Shown here piece after piece: positions 13,633 through 26,289 of a stretch of DNA of 64,000 bases; the first letter of the stretch is position 1, and each line of letters opens with the position of its first letter. This DNA is from Sphyrna mokarran (Eukaryota), in assembly GCA_024679065.1 (NCBI GenBank), contig JAGIQG010000008.1, forward strand, positions 98,456,001 to 98,520,000, written 5' to 3'. Both the position numbers and the translations under genes were made by a program. The notes under the pieces are model-generated. The model made no database searches. It saw nothing but the letters and a program-made list of their open reading frames with translations, and was not told where the DNA came from.

Positions 13633-14283
13633 CTGTCCAAAGGTTCAGCAGCATTAAAAACTAACATTTATTTCTACATTGTTTAACTTCTTCATGAAGC
13701 CTAAAACATTGGCTATTTAACATTTTAATTAATACCCAAAGTATACAATATCTTTAATGTAAAAGAAAGCCTCAAGAATCTTTTCATAAGAAATGGAACG
13801 GAAGTAGAGCATTCACTTTTCCGCACCCCACCAAGCCTGTTTCCTCTTTCAACATGATCACAACCTTCTACATCAATTCCACTTTCCTGCTTGCTCTCCA
13901 TATCTTTTCATTTCCTGAGACAACAAAAATCTGTCTCAGCCTTAAACATACCCAATGATGGAGCATCCACCATCCTCTGGAATAGACAACCTGCCACCAG
14001 TGCCTTCATCTGCAAAATTCTCCTTGCACACATATCTGTGGTCTCATCCCTTCCCCCCCCCCCCCACCTTGTCCCTTCACTTCCCTGAGAAAGAGTCCAG
14101 CGTTTCAATTATTTGACTCTGGCCACTTGAACATTCCCAAACTTCCTTTGCTCCATCCCCAAAGGTAGTGCCATCACTCTTACTGGCTGAGCTCTTGAAA
14201 ACTCTTCCTGAGTTGCCAACATACGGTCTGTGCTCAAAACTCCAAAAAGCATCTTAGAAGATTCACAATAATGGAAAACTAAC

Positions 14284-14471
14284 CTTTCAAATGGATCCAG
14301 GTCATTTGGATCACCATACACAGATAATGAAGCTGCTCCAATATCTGTTCTCATGGTCCTCAGGGAAGGTTCCAACGGCCTGTACACAGAAGGAACTGAA
14401 ATCCCATTTACAGGCTTACCAAGGCCAAGGTTCTTTGCAATACGTGAACGTGCAGTGACACTCGGTTTAAT
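14284..14471 (-). CDS. PHRF1: PHRF1 exon
   Basis: IKPSVTARSRIAKNLGLGKP...MRTDIGAASLSVYGDPNDLDPFE; acceptor tttttaaatag, donor AG|gttagt, phase 0-2. Confidence 0.93.
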
Positions 14472-14551
14472 CTATTTAAAAACAACAAAATGTTATCCAA
14501 CATCTGAAAACTCAGACCTATAGTACATAACAGCAGCAATGTTGCTCTCAC

Positions 14552-14685
14552 CACTGCCTTCTTTCCCTTCCTTCTCTTCACTTTTCTCCTACGTCTTCGC
14601 GTAGGTTTTCCGCTGGCCTTAGTTCCTGATGCCAGGCTGGTTTTGCCAAAAGATTTCTTTGTTCCAACTCTTTTCCTCTTTTTAC
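14552..14685 (-). CDS. PHRF1: PHRF1 basic (K/R-rich, NLS-like) exon
   Basis: GKKRKRVGTKKS...RRRRRKVKRRKGKKAV; acceptor ctctccag, donor GTG|gtgaga, phase 1-0. Confidence 0.9.
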
Positions 14686-15269
14686 CTGGAGAGATCCCAG
14701 TAAAAACATATCACAAGTTAGCACACTCAGCTGGCGTGACAGGCTTCCACAAGGTTAGAAATTACATTGTTTACATCAATTTCCATTCTGTGACATATCA
14801 ACGCAGAGCTAGGTATATTTAAAACACAACTCTTCACATCCATTTCATGTTCCCTACTACCCTGCTGCACTTGCTGATTCCATTCCAGGTTACGAACATT
14901 AATTGTTCCAAATAATTCATCAAAACATCTGAGCTTCATTAGCTAGAAAGGGGGTAGATAAAGGAAGGCCTTAGTGACGTACTCAAAATATTAAATATGA
15001 CTGATGTACTTGAAAATAACAATCTGGTTATTGTCTAGGAGGAATCAAATAAAATAAATGAACATTAGAGAAAAATAAATTACACAACTGTTAAATGTTT
15101 AAAATAATCTATTGCTGGACTGATTGGACCAAATACTGGCTATCTTTTTTGGTGCTGTATATTCTATGTAACATTCATAGAAAGCAATCAAGGCAACAAC
15201 TCTGGCAATTATATCAAATGGCAACTAATGTATGAGACGGGCTTTAATGGGACACTTAATGATCAAAAC

Positions 15270-15646
15270 AAATAGGTTGATGGGGGGAATTAGTGGGCAA
15301 GGGCTGTGCGCTTTGGTGGGAGAGTTAGTGGCCAAGAAGCTGGGCTTTGATGAGAGAGTTAATGGTAGACAGGGATGGGCTACAACAGGGAAGTTAATGG
15401 CCACAAGGGATGGGCTTTGATCAGGCCATTAATGGCTGACAGGGATGAACATTGACAGGACAGTTAATGTGAGAGAGGGATAAGCTTTGACAAGAGACAT
15501 AATGGCTGACAGAAATAATCTTTGATGGGAGAGTGAATGATTGAAGAGTGATGGGAAATTTAATATGAAAGAAGGATAAGCTTTGATGAGGAATTAATAG
15601 CTGAGAATGGTGAGCTTTGATGGAGGAGTTAATGGTAGAGAGGAAT
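15270..15646. repeat. Degenerate minisatellite, ~35-bp unit, about 11 copies
   Basis: Recurring unit of the form gggctttgatgrgagagttaatggyngacagggat. Confidence 0.8.
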
Positions 15647-15710
15647 GGGAAAATACAAGACACTTTTTTTTATTCCAAACATCTTGTAAGACAAAGCTGT
15701 TCACCATTAC

Positions 15711-15849
15711 CTGTTCTTTTCTTACGTTTCTTTGTGGTTCGAGTTCGTGGGGTGAGGGGCCGATGATACACAGCCGTGTTTAAGCCTGCGACTACAGTTT
15801 CAATTGTTTCATCTAGCAGACTTGCATTCATCAGGTACTGTGGTACATG
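15711..15849 (-). CDS. PHRF1: PHRF1 exon
   Basis: HVPQYLMNASLLDETIETVVAGLNTAVYHRPLTPRTRTTKKRKKRT; acceptor tttttacctgcag, donor G|gtaatg, phase 0-1. Confidence 0.93.
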
Positions 15850-16179
15850 CTGCAGGTAAAAACCAGCACGTTACACAAGTCTACAAGCACATTTACAGTT
15901 TCTTATTTTATATCACTCTGTGCATCCCAGCATTTGTAATCAGTTTCTTCATATCTTTTTTTTTGGTGTGACACAATGCCAAAATTGATAAAGAACATGA
16001 ACCTCTTGTAACTACCATGATACCTAGGCATATATGGAAACCAGAGTGGCTTTGATCAGAAATAAAACTTACAACTACTTGGCACAAATCATACTTTGCC
16101 CTTCCAATATATGGCAGAAGCATTTCCAATCATGTTCAGCCAGAAATGTTGAGTAATAATGTATCTTGGCCTCCTCCAG

Positions 16180-17010
16180 ATGTCTACAGGTTCACAAATG
16201 GTGAATCTTCTGCCAGATCAATTCATTCCACGTGATATTAAGAAATGGTTGAAGGTACTTGATACAGCAAAGATTATGAGTCTGACAACATCTTGGTGAT
16301 TGTACTGAACATTTTTTCTCCAAATCTAGCCACACCGCTAACCAGGCTATTCCTAACAATATGGAAAATTGCCCAGTTAAGTTCTGTCCACAAAAGGCAA
16401 TGTAAGTACAAACTAACCATTTACAACACACAGTCTACTTTCAAACATCAATAAAGTGATGAAAAGTGTTGTTGACTTTGCTATCGAGTGGCACTTACAT
16501 GGCAATAACCTGCTCACTGAAGCTCAAGTGGGTTTCACCAGAGCAACTCTGCTCCTGACTTCACTACAAAGTTGGTTCAATCAGACAAAAGGACTGAACT
16601 CCAGAGATGAGCTAAGTAATATCAAGGCAGTTTGTGACCAAGTGTGGCATCTAGGAGTCCTATCAAAATTGCAATCAATGGGGCATGCCCCACTGGTTGG
16701 ACACAAACTGGAAGAAAGGAAGATGATGATTGTGGTTATTGGAAGTCAAATAGGTATTTCTTAGGATACTGTCCTGAGCTCAAGCATTCTCAACTGCTTC
16801 ATCAATCACCTTTCCTCAGGTATACTTGCTGATAATCAGCATCATTCGTGCCTCCTCAGCACTCAGTGTCCATCCACAGGAAGACCTAGACAACATTCAG
16901 GCTTGAGCTGATAAATGATACATAACGTTCATATCACACAAGTGCTAGACAATGAACATCTCCAAACAAGAGCAAATTTAACCATCTCCTCTTGACATTC
17001 AACAGCATTC
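16180..17010 (+). mobile_element. Old LINE RT fragment (CR1/L2-clade)
   Basis: ORF 16456-16764 retains NNLLTEAQVGF and IKAVCDQVWH.GVLSKL, decayed RT motifs. Confidence 0.6.
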
Positions 17011-17286
17011 TTAGTGCTTAATTATCCAGAGAAGCCCATAGGAAACTAAGATTCAGAGAAATTCAGAGAGCCTGCGTCAATATAACGGAGCAGTTGTTGG
17101 GGCAGTATCTACTGCAGTCCACTTGCCTGACAATTCATTTCAGGCAGAAGAGAGCTTCAAGGTTGAGTTGCAGCAACTGCTAATGGAGGCTAGATTCTAA
17201 AGAAAGAGCTGAAATTCCTCAAGATGAAGACATGGTTTAAAGAATTTTTGTGATCACTGTAATCACTGGCATCTGGGTGTTTTGCT

Positions 17287-17580
17287 GGGCAGCACGGTGG
17301 CACAGTGGTTAGCAATACTTCCTCACAGTGCCAGGAACCCAGGTTCGATTCCCAATTTGGGTCTGTGTGGATTTTGCATGTTCTCTCTGTGTCTATGTGG
17401 ATTTCCTCCAGGTGCTCTAGTTTCCTCCCCAGACCGAAAGATGTATTGGTTAGGTGCACTGACCATGCTAAATTCTCCTTCAGCGTATCCTAACAGGCAC
17501 AGGAGCGTGACGATGAGAGGATTTTCATGATAACTTCATTGTAGTATTAACATAAGCCTACTTTTGGCTAACAAACTTTG
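17287..17580 (+). mobile_element. tRNA-derived SINE
   Basis: A box tggcacagtgg, B box ggttcgattcc, family 3' tail taacttcattg...aagcctactt. Confidence 0.85.
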
Positions 17581-18300
17581 CTTTACTTTACTGAGAAAAT
17601 GTGTAGAATCTGTCTTGGTTATGCCTACCATTTAATGTGCAATTTGTGGTGTGTTTGACCACAGTTTTCTTGTTAATGCTTACCTTATGTTAACTCTTGA
17701 TTTTAAAGAATAAGATAGATAGCATTGACTATTTGCATTGTTAATAATAATTTGTGAAAATTCTTTTTGTTTAAAGCCTTGGAATCTTCTGGCTTTATTA
17801 TCTTAGAAGGCAGCTGGCATTTCAAATTTAATCTACTTTACAACAAAGTTCCTGGATGTGGACTGGATTGTAGCAATAGGGTGTGCGATTGAAGTCCCCA
17901 GACTTATCAACTGGAAATTACTGAACTGACAATAACTCTCCTTCTGATGCTATAATATTGTTACTAAAACACTCAAACATCACACTTTGTTAACTACATT
18001 TTAATGGGGTACCAAGTCATAACTACTAAAGAACCACTCTATATTTGGATAATGTTAAACGTTTCCATTTTGATTAAAAAATGCCAAGTTTTTTGTTAAA
18101 TCTATGATATTTCAGCTTCTAAAGTGTATATCTGAATCTTTACTTCATCTATGTAAAAGTTAATTAAAAGTGAAGAATAATCAGTCCATTTTACTTCCTG
18201 GTTTTCTGTCTTTGGGAATACTTTGAAGTGATTGGCCATTTGTCCTGTTTGATAGCATTAATATTGCCCTGCAGCTGGGAAGTCCCTTACTTCATGCAAG

Positions 18301-20379
18301 GAAGCGTTCTTGGGGAAGAGTACAGAAGGAAAGTGGCGGATATTCAAGGAATGTTTGTCTGGGGCTCTACAAGACAACATTCCGAGGAGACAAGGAGGTT
18401 TTGGTAGGACGCGGGAACCGTGGTGCACGAAGGTTGTGGTGAACCTAGTCAGGAAGAAAAGAAAGGTGTATAAAAGTTTCAGAGAGCTAGGAGATCTTAG
18501 GGATCTAGAGGAGAATAAAGTGTGTAGAAGGGAGCTTAAAAAGGAAATTAGGAGAGCCAGAAGGGGTCATGAGAAGGCCTTGGCAGGTAAGATTAAGGAG
18601 AATCCCAAGACCTTCTACAAATATGTGAAAAGTAAAAGGATGAGAAGGGAAGGGATAGGACCTATAAAAGGTGAAGGGGGAAAAGTTTGTGTGAATCCAG
18701 AAGAAATGGCAGAGGTGCTTAACAAGTACTTTGCCTTGGTGGAAAGTGAACAGGGAGGTTGTACTGCAGGTTTGAGGCAAATGGAAAAGATTGAGTATGT
18801 GGATGTTAGGAAAGAGGATGTGTTAGACCTGTTAAATTCTATCAAGATAGACAAGTCGCAGGGACCGGATGGGATGTACCCCAGGTTATTGTGGGAGGTG
18901 AGGGAAGTGGTTGCAGAGCCCCGGCGATGATATTTGCGTTGTCCATGGAAACGGGAGAGATTCCGGAGGATTGGAGATGTGGTTCCTATCTTTAAGAAAG
19001 GGATCGAGGATAGTCCAGGAAATTACTGACCGGTGAGTCTGACTTCAGTGGTTGGTAACCTGATGGACAGGCTTCTCAGGGATAAGATTTATGAACATTT
19101 GGAGAAGTTTAGACTGATCAGAAATAGTCAGCATAGTTTTGTCAAGGGCAGGTCATGCCTTACGAGCTTAGTTGAGTTCTTTGAAAACGTGACTGAACAC
19201 ATTGATGAAGGAAGAGCGGTGGACGTAGCGTACATGGACTTTAGCAGGGTGTTTGATAAGGTCCCCCATGCAAGGCTTCTGGAGAAGGTAAGAGGGCATG
19301 GGATCCAAGGGGCTTTGGCCTCATGATCCAGAACTGGCTTGCCGGCAGAAGGCAGAGTGTGGTTGTGGATGGGTCTTGTTCTGCATGGAGGTCGGTAACC
19401 AGTGGAGTGCCCCAGGGATCTGTTCTGGGACCCCTGCTGTTTGTCATTTTCATAAATGACCTGGACGAGGAAGTGGAGGGATGGGTTAGTAAGTTCGCCG
19501 ACGATACAAAGGTGGGTGGTGTTGTGGATGGTCTGGAGGGATGTCAAAAGTTGCAGCAGGTCATAGACAGGATGCATGACTGGGCGGAGAAGTGGCAGAC
19601 GGACTTCAACGCAGATAAATATGTAGTGGTCCATTTTGGCAGGAATAATGGGATGAAGGAGTACAATATAAGGGGTAGGAGAGCTGTGTTGTAGAGCAGA
19701 AGGATCTTGGGGTCCGGGTCCATAGGACTCTTAAATAGACCTCGCAGGTGGAGGAAGTGGTCAAGAAGGCGTATGGTATACTGGCCTTCATTAATTGAGG
19801 AATAGAGTTTAGGAGTCAGGAGGTAATGATGCAGCTCTATAAGACCCTTGTCAGACTCCACTTGGAATATTGTGCGCAGTTCTGGTCGCCTCACTACAGG
19901 AAGGACGTAGAGGCTATTGAGAGAGTGCAGAGGAGATTTACGAGGATGCTGCTTGGATTAGGAGGTTGAGGGTTGAGGGAGCTGGGACTCTTCTCACTGG
20001 AGAGACGTAGATTGAGAGGCGACCTGGTAGAGGTTTATAAAATGTTGAGAGGAATAGATAGGGTGGACTCTCAGAGACTATTTCCCTGAGCTGAAATGGT
20101 CACTACGAGAGGACACAGATTTAAGGTGCAGGGAAGCAAATACAGAGGGGATGTTAGGGATAAGTTTTTCACTCAGAGGGTGGTGAGTGAATGGAATCGG
20201 CTGCTGTCGGAGGTGGTTGAGGCAAACTCGCTGAGGTCTTTTAAAAGACTTCTGGATGAGTACATGGAAACGAATGGGATAAGGGGTTATAGATAGGTCT
20301 ATGGATTGGTAGATATAGATGTGATCGGCGCAACTCGTGGGCCGAAGGGCCTGTTTGTGCTGTATTGTTCTATGTTCTA
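18301..20379 (+). mobile_element. 5'-truncated CR1 LINE, relatively young, frameshifted RT
   Basis: ORFs 18310-18930, 19033-19326 and 19323-19694 carry KS.GPDG, QHSFVKGRSCLT, YMDFS..FDKVPH, GVPQGSVLGP, KFADD; 3' end gggccgaagggcctgtt...ttctatgttcta. Confidence 0.95.
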
Positions 20380-20736
20380 AGATTCAAACATCAGAAAAGG
20401 TAAAAGCCATGCCATAAAGATTACCAGACCGTGGAAATCTTTTTTTTTGATATTAGAAAGGAGTACTTCAACTTTTCCACTGACCACAAAATTCAGACCA
20501 CAGATTCACAAAATCCATCATTTTAAGTATATCATTACAGAAGTTTCTGCGTTACGCAACACCTAGTTACAAGGGTGTTAATACAGTCTTAAATTCATTA
20601 CTTCCCAACAGAGGCATAATCATGCAGGAGCTCAGACATGGACATATCTAAAATACATTTGAACACATCACTGCATCATGTGTCATCCAGGTGTATCTCT
20701 GAGCTGTGTAGATCTGCACTGGGAAATTCAGCATAC

Positions 20737-20918
20737 CTCGATTTGATGTGCACGGGTAATTCTGTTCCGGTTTACATTTTCCCGAACTCTTTCACTCTGA
20801 CGAGTCCTTGCTATAGCACGGGTTCGTCTGGCAGATGGACGTAACCGGGAAGTAGTGGGTTCCTGTGCTGCATCAGCAACAAGAAAGGCAACCTCTTCAT
20901 CATCGATCTCCTCAACAT
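20737..20918 (-). CDS. PHRF1: PHRF1 exon (post-PHD, RTRAIARTRQSERVR)
   Basis: Acceptor ttctggttacag, donor GAG|gtatgc, phase 1-0; contains the PHRF1-like motif RTRAIARTRQSERVR. Confidence 0.93.
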
Positions 20919-21806
20919 CTGTAACCAGAAGCAAACAGAATTAACTGTTACTGCTGGAATGCCATTTCTGATCAACTTTGTTCCATTCACAAGCTTTAAT
21001 TTGGAGTAACGAGCAGTTCAGCTTGTTGCTCCTCTGGCTTTATTATCTTAGAAGATAGCTGGCATTTCAGTGCGCAGTGAGGCTGACCTGAAAGGACACA
21101 TCCTCAAGCAAACTTCATTTTCTGGGCTGATAAAATGTCTTATGCCTAATGATCAGTTAATTAGGACACAAACTGAATTACAACTTACATTCACATAGTA
21201 TCTTTAACATAGTAAAAAGTTTCCTATAGCTTTATTGAGAATACTTTTGCCAATTACAAATCCTATACAAAACATCTAATCCAGCATAAATTGGTCCATG
21301 AACACTACATTTTCTATTATTTAGAATGTGTCACAACATTCGATTTCCAAATACATTTAAGCGGCTGATATCTAATATAGGGCTTGAATTCTCTCATGTA
21401 TATAAGTTTAAAAAGTGATTTAAATTAAATGTTTAAGTTGATTAAAGAATATAATGGGGTAGATATAAATTATTTTGTCTTGTTGGGATGGTGTAAGTCC
21501 TGAACAAGGAGGCAAAATCTTCAAATTAGGGGTGAACAGGAAGTATTCCTTCATCCAAAGAACAACGGGAACCTGAAACTCAGGGGAGCCAACTGAATGT
21601 TTCAAAACTGAAATTGATAGATTAATGGAGTTATGATAATAATCAACAATGATCTTTTTGAATGGTACAACAGACCCAAGGAGCCAAGTGGTCTACTGCT
21701 ATATTTTGATATATTTGAAATGCAGGTTCATCAAAAAAAACACTTCAATTTAGCAGTTTTAATTGTGACATTATTGGGTTTTCAATAGATAATTTTGCAT
21801 GATATG

Positions 21807-21852
21807 GCCTCACTCCACAGAGCTCCCAGCCTCACTCCACAGAGCTCCCAGC
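21807..21852. repeat. Perfect 22-bp tandem duplication
   Basis: gcctcactccacagagctccca occurs twice in tandem. Confidence 0.9.
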
Positions 21853-21960
21853 ACCACAACCAGTCCAACATTGTGCACAGATTCCACACATAACTCAATA
21901 AGCTTAAAGTAAAGACTCTTTTCCCTCCAAAATATAAATAATATGGCTAATTTCATTTAC

Positions 21961-22052
21961 CATCTGTTGGATTGTTAACAGCACATTCTGGGCAAAACCA
22001 TTCTTCTACTGGAACAGTATCAAGGGCAGGATTGAGACAATCCAAGTGGTAT
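21961..22052 (-). CDS. PHRF1: PHRF1 exon, second half of PHD finger
   Basis: YHLDCLNPALDTVPVEEWFCPECAVNNPTD; acceptor ctctttctag, donor G|gtaaat, phase 2-1. Confidence 0.95.
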
Positions 22053-23927
22053 CTAGAAAGAGAGAGCATTTGAATCAGCAAAAACATTTATGAGAGAACA
22101 ATTACGGTTAAACGTGTAGACAAGTATAACCTTAAAGAATTAAAATATAAGCACCAGATGCTTTCTCTCCCAGAATGTGACTTCAATCTTCAGTCTCATC
22201 ACATAGAACAAAGGCAGGCGGCACATGGGGACATTATCATCTCCAGGTCTCCTATCATCCTGATCATCACTGGTTCATAAATCCTGAACTCCCTATCTAA
22301 AAGCACTGAGGAAACATCTTCAATGCTGCAGTTCAAAAAAGCTCTCAACACCATCCTTCCACTGCAATTAGGATGGGCAATGAATGCCCTCATCCTGAGA
22401 ATTAATTTTTTAAACCATGTTTTGAGTTTAGCTAGCAGTATTTAAAAGATGGTCAAGTATCAGCTGAGTGTAAAATAAATCAGTGTGTTTTACAACAGTG
22501 TCTGATGAACCATGTCTACTGTTGTAAGGGTGTGGAGGGAAGGAGGTAGTTTCCCATATACACTCATTAAGTAGATGCCTCTGCTGGGTTTGCAGGCATT
22601 TTTCAACCTCACTTTTTTCCCACCTGTTACTCAAGTTCATTTTCAGACAACTCAGGAGATGATTCCCTTTTCCTGGATAATACTTTTAAGATGTGAAAAG
22701 ATATGGATCAAATGGAGTTGAGGTACAATTTGCCCACAATCCAACTGAAAGATGAATGAGGCTCGAGGAGTTGAACTGCATCCTTTATTTCCCATGTTGC
22801 TATATCTGCTCTATATATCTGCTCAATTCAGGATTATTAGCTCAAATTCATTGTTTTAATAGAATGGTTATGTTTTAAACTGTTTCTTTAACATATGATA
22901 AAATGGAGTAATGAAAACTCATGTGATCTGCTTTGAATTCTGTCCAATGGCTATTGGCTGGTTATGGCATCAAGATCTAGGTCAAATGCTATTGAAATAT
23001 AAGTGCTAGGTTTTTGTTCTTGTTTTTGCAGACTCTGTCTCAAAGACTTCGAACAGGAACACAGACAGGAGAGTCTATCACAAAGAGAGAGACAACAGTC
23101 ACCATCAGCAGCAGGGAAAGAGCTGTTCTTGTTAGCTATCAGGTGGAAGGCTGATGGCAACAAGTCCTCTAATCAAGGAGGGGGAAGTATCTGAACTGAA
23201 AAACTCTGAAAGATTCATCCTGGCATGGCAGGGGGAAAGAAATCATTGTGGTGGGCTGTGCCGCTGGACGTCAGTTCAGGATTTCTTGGAAAACCAAGTT
23301 AAAGGATCTTCAATATTCACTGGATGTTATGATTTGATGAAAGGAGATGCAAGCACATTGGAAGCTGGGGATAACTTGCGATCGGGTCCTGTAAAGACTG
23401 TAATCCTGTGGAGAGCATGCCATAGCGTTGCAGTGTGAAGCTAGCGATCAAGTTAAGAAATTGACAAGAGATATGCTTTCAGTTGTATAATATGTTAGAT
23501 GCTTAATGTTTTTGATGCTGGTTGCACTTCGTTTGCGACAGTAAGATTTTAAAACCTGAAATTTTGTTGTGCAATTATTTTTGGTCAGTCAGTCTTTAAG
23601 GCACTGTAATAAATTCTAGGGTGAAAGCTACTTAGCTCCAAATTTCCTCACCTCTTATCATCACACCACCATCTCAATCTATTCTCTAATGACAAACTAG
23701 CCAATTATTCCAGTTTAACTTTATATCACATGTTAAACTGTAATTGTTTATTCTCTACGGATTCACCTAATGCACTAAAATAAATGTAAACTTCTACATC
23801 TTCATTTTAGGTCTCCTCGATTTTGGAACTTTTGAGATAAAATGTTATAAATGTTGAAGCAGAGGCAGGGTTCAGAGTGAAAAAGCCATGCAATAGGACA
23901 CGCGGAAAAATGCTGCAACATCGAGTC

Positions 23928-24188
23928 TGTTTATTTATCAGTGTTACAGGAGAGCTTACATTAACACTGCAATGAAGTTACTGTGAAAATCCCTTAGTTG
24001 CCACAATCCAGCACCTGTTCTGATATACTGAGGGAGAATTTAGCTTGGCCAAAGCATGTTTTTTAGACTGTAGAAGGAGACTGGAGTACCCAGAGGAAAC
24101 TCATGCAGAGTCAGGGAGAAATACAGACTTCACACACAGTGACCCAAGCTGGGAATTGAACCGGATCCCTGACTGTGCCACCATGCTG
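23928..24188 (-). mobile_element. tRNA-derived SINE
   Basis: Same family as 1216-1487 (shared tail ttacattaacactgcaatgaagttactgtgaaa). Confidence 0.75.
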
Positions 24189-25548
24189 TTCATAACATAT
24201 ATCACCTCAGATGGAACTTGAAACCAAAATCCCTGGCTTAGGAGGTTACTGCCTTATCCATCTGCACAGGCAAAATAGAATGAATGACAATCTTGTCTGG
24301 AAACTCCAATGGCTCACAATTTCTTGCATTTAAATTGACGTACACATATTGGGACTGCCATTTTGCTGAATTTCACTTCACCTATAGAGTCAAGGCCGAT
24401 TTCAGATCTCAAATAATAGGTAAGAGTGCTTGTGCAGAATCTTGCAGCAGAGCAATGATCCAAACAGCACAACTTCCATTATCAGGCAGAGCACTTCCTT
24501 CAGTGTCAGAGAATGCTGACACATGGCATAATGGGGCTGCATGACTAAATCATCTGCCTCCAGAAAATGAGAAAAGGGATATGATTGCATTCTCTCTTCA
24601 TTGGCAATGCAGTCATGGCAGTACTAGAATGTAAAAGGACGCTAGATATTAAAAATGTATTGCAATTCATTATTTGTCACTCAGTTCAGTCATTTTCAAT
24701 CCTACAAGTTTGTCATTGCAAAATATGTGGGTGAACTTTTAAGCTAACACACCTTCTTATAAACCGCAATACGAACAGAAAGCCGATCAGATCACAATTG
24801 AAAAACATGCCACACAAACTCTTGTTAAACATATAACTTTAACCAAAGATTTTCACCACTCATTATTATCACTATCTCATCACATCAAAAGTTATATAAT
24901 GACACTCAGAATTATTCCATTTTTTTTGAGCAAAATACTGCAATCTTTTCCCCAGATTAACTTTCTCCATTAAAACGTTACGGTGGGACATTTTAATTTT
25001 CAAACAGCACAAGCTGCAACTAACAGACCTCATCAGGAGTACTGTGTTCATTGTAGGATGCATTAGCCTTTAAGGAGGTGCAGCATACATTGACCAGAAA
25101 TATACCAGGGTTAAAAGGCTTAACTTATAAAGACAGAGACAAGAATGTTGCAATCTCTTACAGCTACAGTTCAATACCTAACACATTTCCCCCTCTCTTC
25201 AGTTCTGATAAAGAACCAAATAGACTCAAAACATTAACTCTATTTTCTTTCCCTATTGATGCTGCCCATTCTGCAGAGTTTTTCCAGCTTTCTCTGTTCT
25301 TGTTTCAGATTCCAGCAGCTGCAATATTTTGTCCCTTCTGGGGAACTATAGTGTATTACTTTTCTCCAGTCCCAGTCATCTGTATATTTTGGAAACACTT
25401 GGTTGTTTAGTGCTTAACAACATCAACTTGTATTTAAATAGCATCCTTACCTTAATAAAGCATCCCAATGCACTCACAGAAGAACTGTAAACCAAATATG
25501 CCACTCAGCCACACAAGAAGTTATTAGGTCAGATGACCAAAAGCTTGG

Positions 25549-25660
25549 TGTGGACCTCCACATCATGGCTACCACCGACATCACAAACTGCCGGTTCAAA
25601 GTGGAGAGGATCTCCAAGAAGATTATGCATATTGACACGGACATCAAGATTCTACCCATT
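25549..25660 (+). mobile_element. Short PLE fragment covering the probable ORF start
   Basis: ctccacatcATGgct matches the tail of the PLE mini-elements and continues MATTDITNCRFKVERISKKIMHIDTDIKIL; flanked by caaaagcttgg at 25538-25548 and 25661-25671. Confidence 0.6.
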
Positions 25661-26289
25661 CAAAAGCTTGGATAGAGGGTATATATTAAGGACTGCCTTA
25701 AGAAAGATGATGATAGTAGTAGTGAAGAAGTTTGTGAAGAATATTGCCGAGCTTAAGGCCTTGAAAACTGAAGTTACGATCACCAATGGTGAAGCAACTA
25801 AATTCAGGGAAGCACACGAGGCTAAAATTAGATATTTCATCTGTGGGATTGGAGGACATTGAGGATATGGAAAAATTTGAAAACATGGCCTAAAAATTTA
25901 AAATCAAGAGATCGCTTGCCCGGGAGTCAATACATTTCAGTGAGCAGAGACAATAAGGGAACAAAATTTGCTGCAAGTTAGACATGGGCAGCAGTGTTTT
26001 GGACGACTTCAGGTTTTTGACAACGTGCAACACCAACCAGGAGCAAGTTGGAATGATCAACTTTATGTAGTGTAGGCATAAATGAGGGTTTCAACTACAG
26101 GCAAGTTGGAACAGAAAGAGGTGAAATTGTGTGACTCTAAGGAGGTGAAAAAGCAAAAACATTAAAAAGGCCAGAAGCTCACCAAGGTTATCAAAAGACT
26201 CACTTAATCTCAGATTGCTGGCAGGAAAGGGATGAAGTCAGTAACTTGAAGTTTCGAGTGGGGACTGAAACAATGGCTTAAATGGTTCA

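Noticed and set aside
13633-13662. Alternative upstream acceptor (aatgttag) for exon 13522-13632
   Set aside because: Adds 28 nt and gives an immediate in-frame TAA; not the coding acceptor and no support for regulated use.
17287-17355. tRNA-like sequences with A and B boxes (also 50418, 45875, 1487)
   Set aside because: They are SINE heads continuing into SINE bodies, not tRNA genes.
18301-20379. Potentially active or domesticated reverse transcriptase gene
   Set aside because: 5'-truncated, lacks the endonuclease, and has multiple frameshifts and stops.
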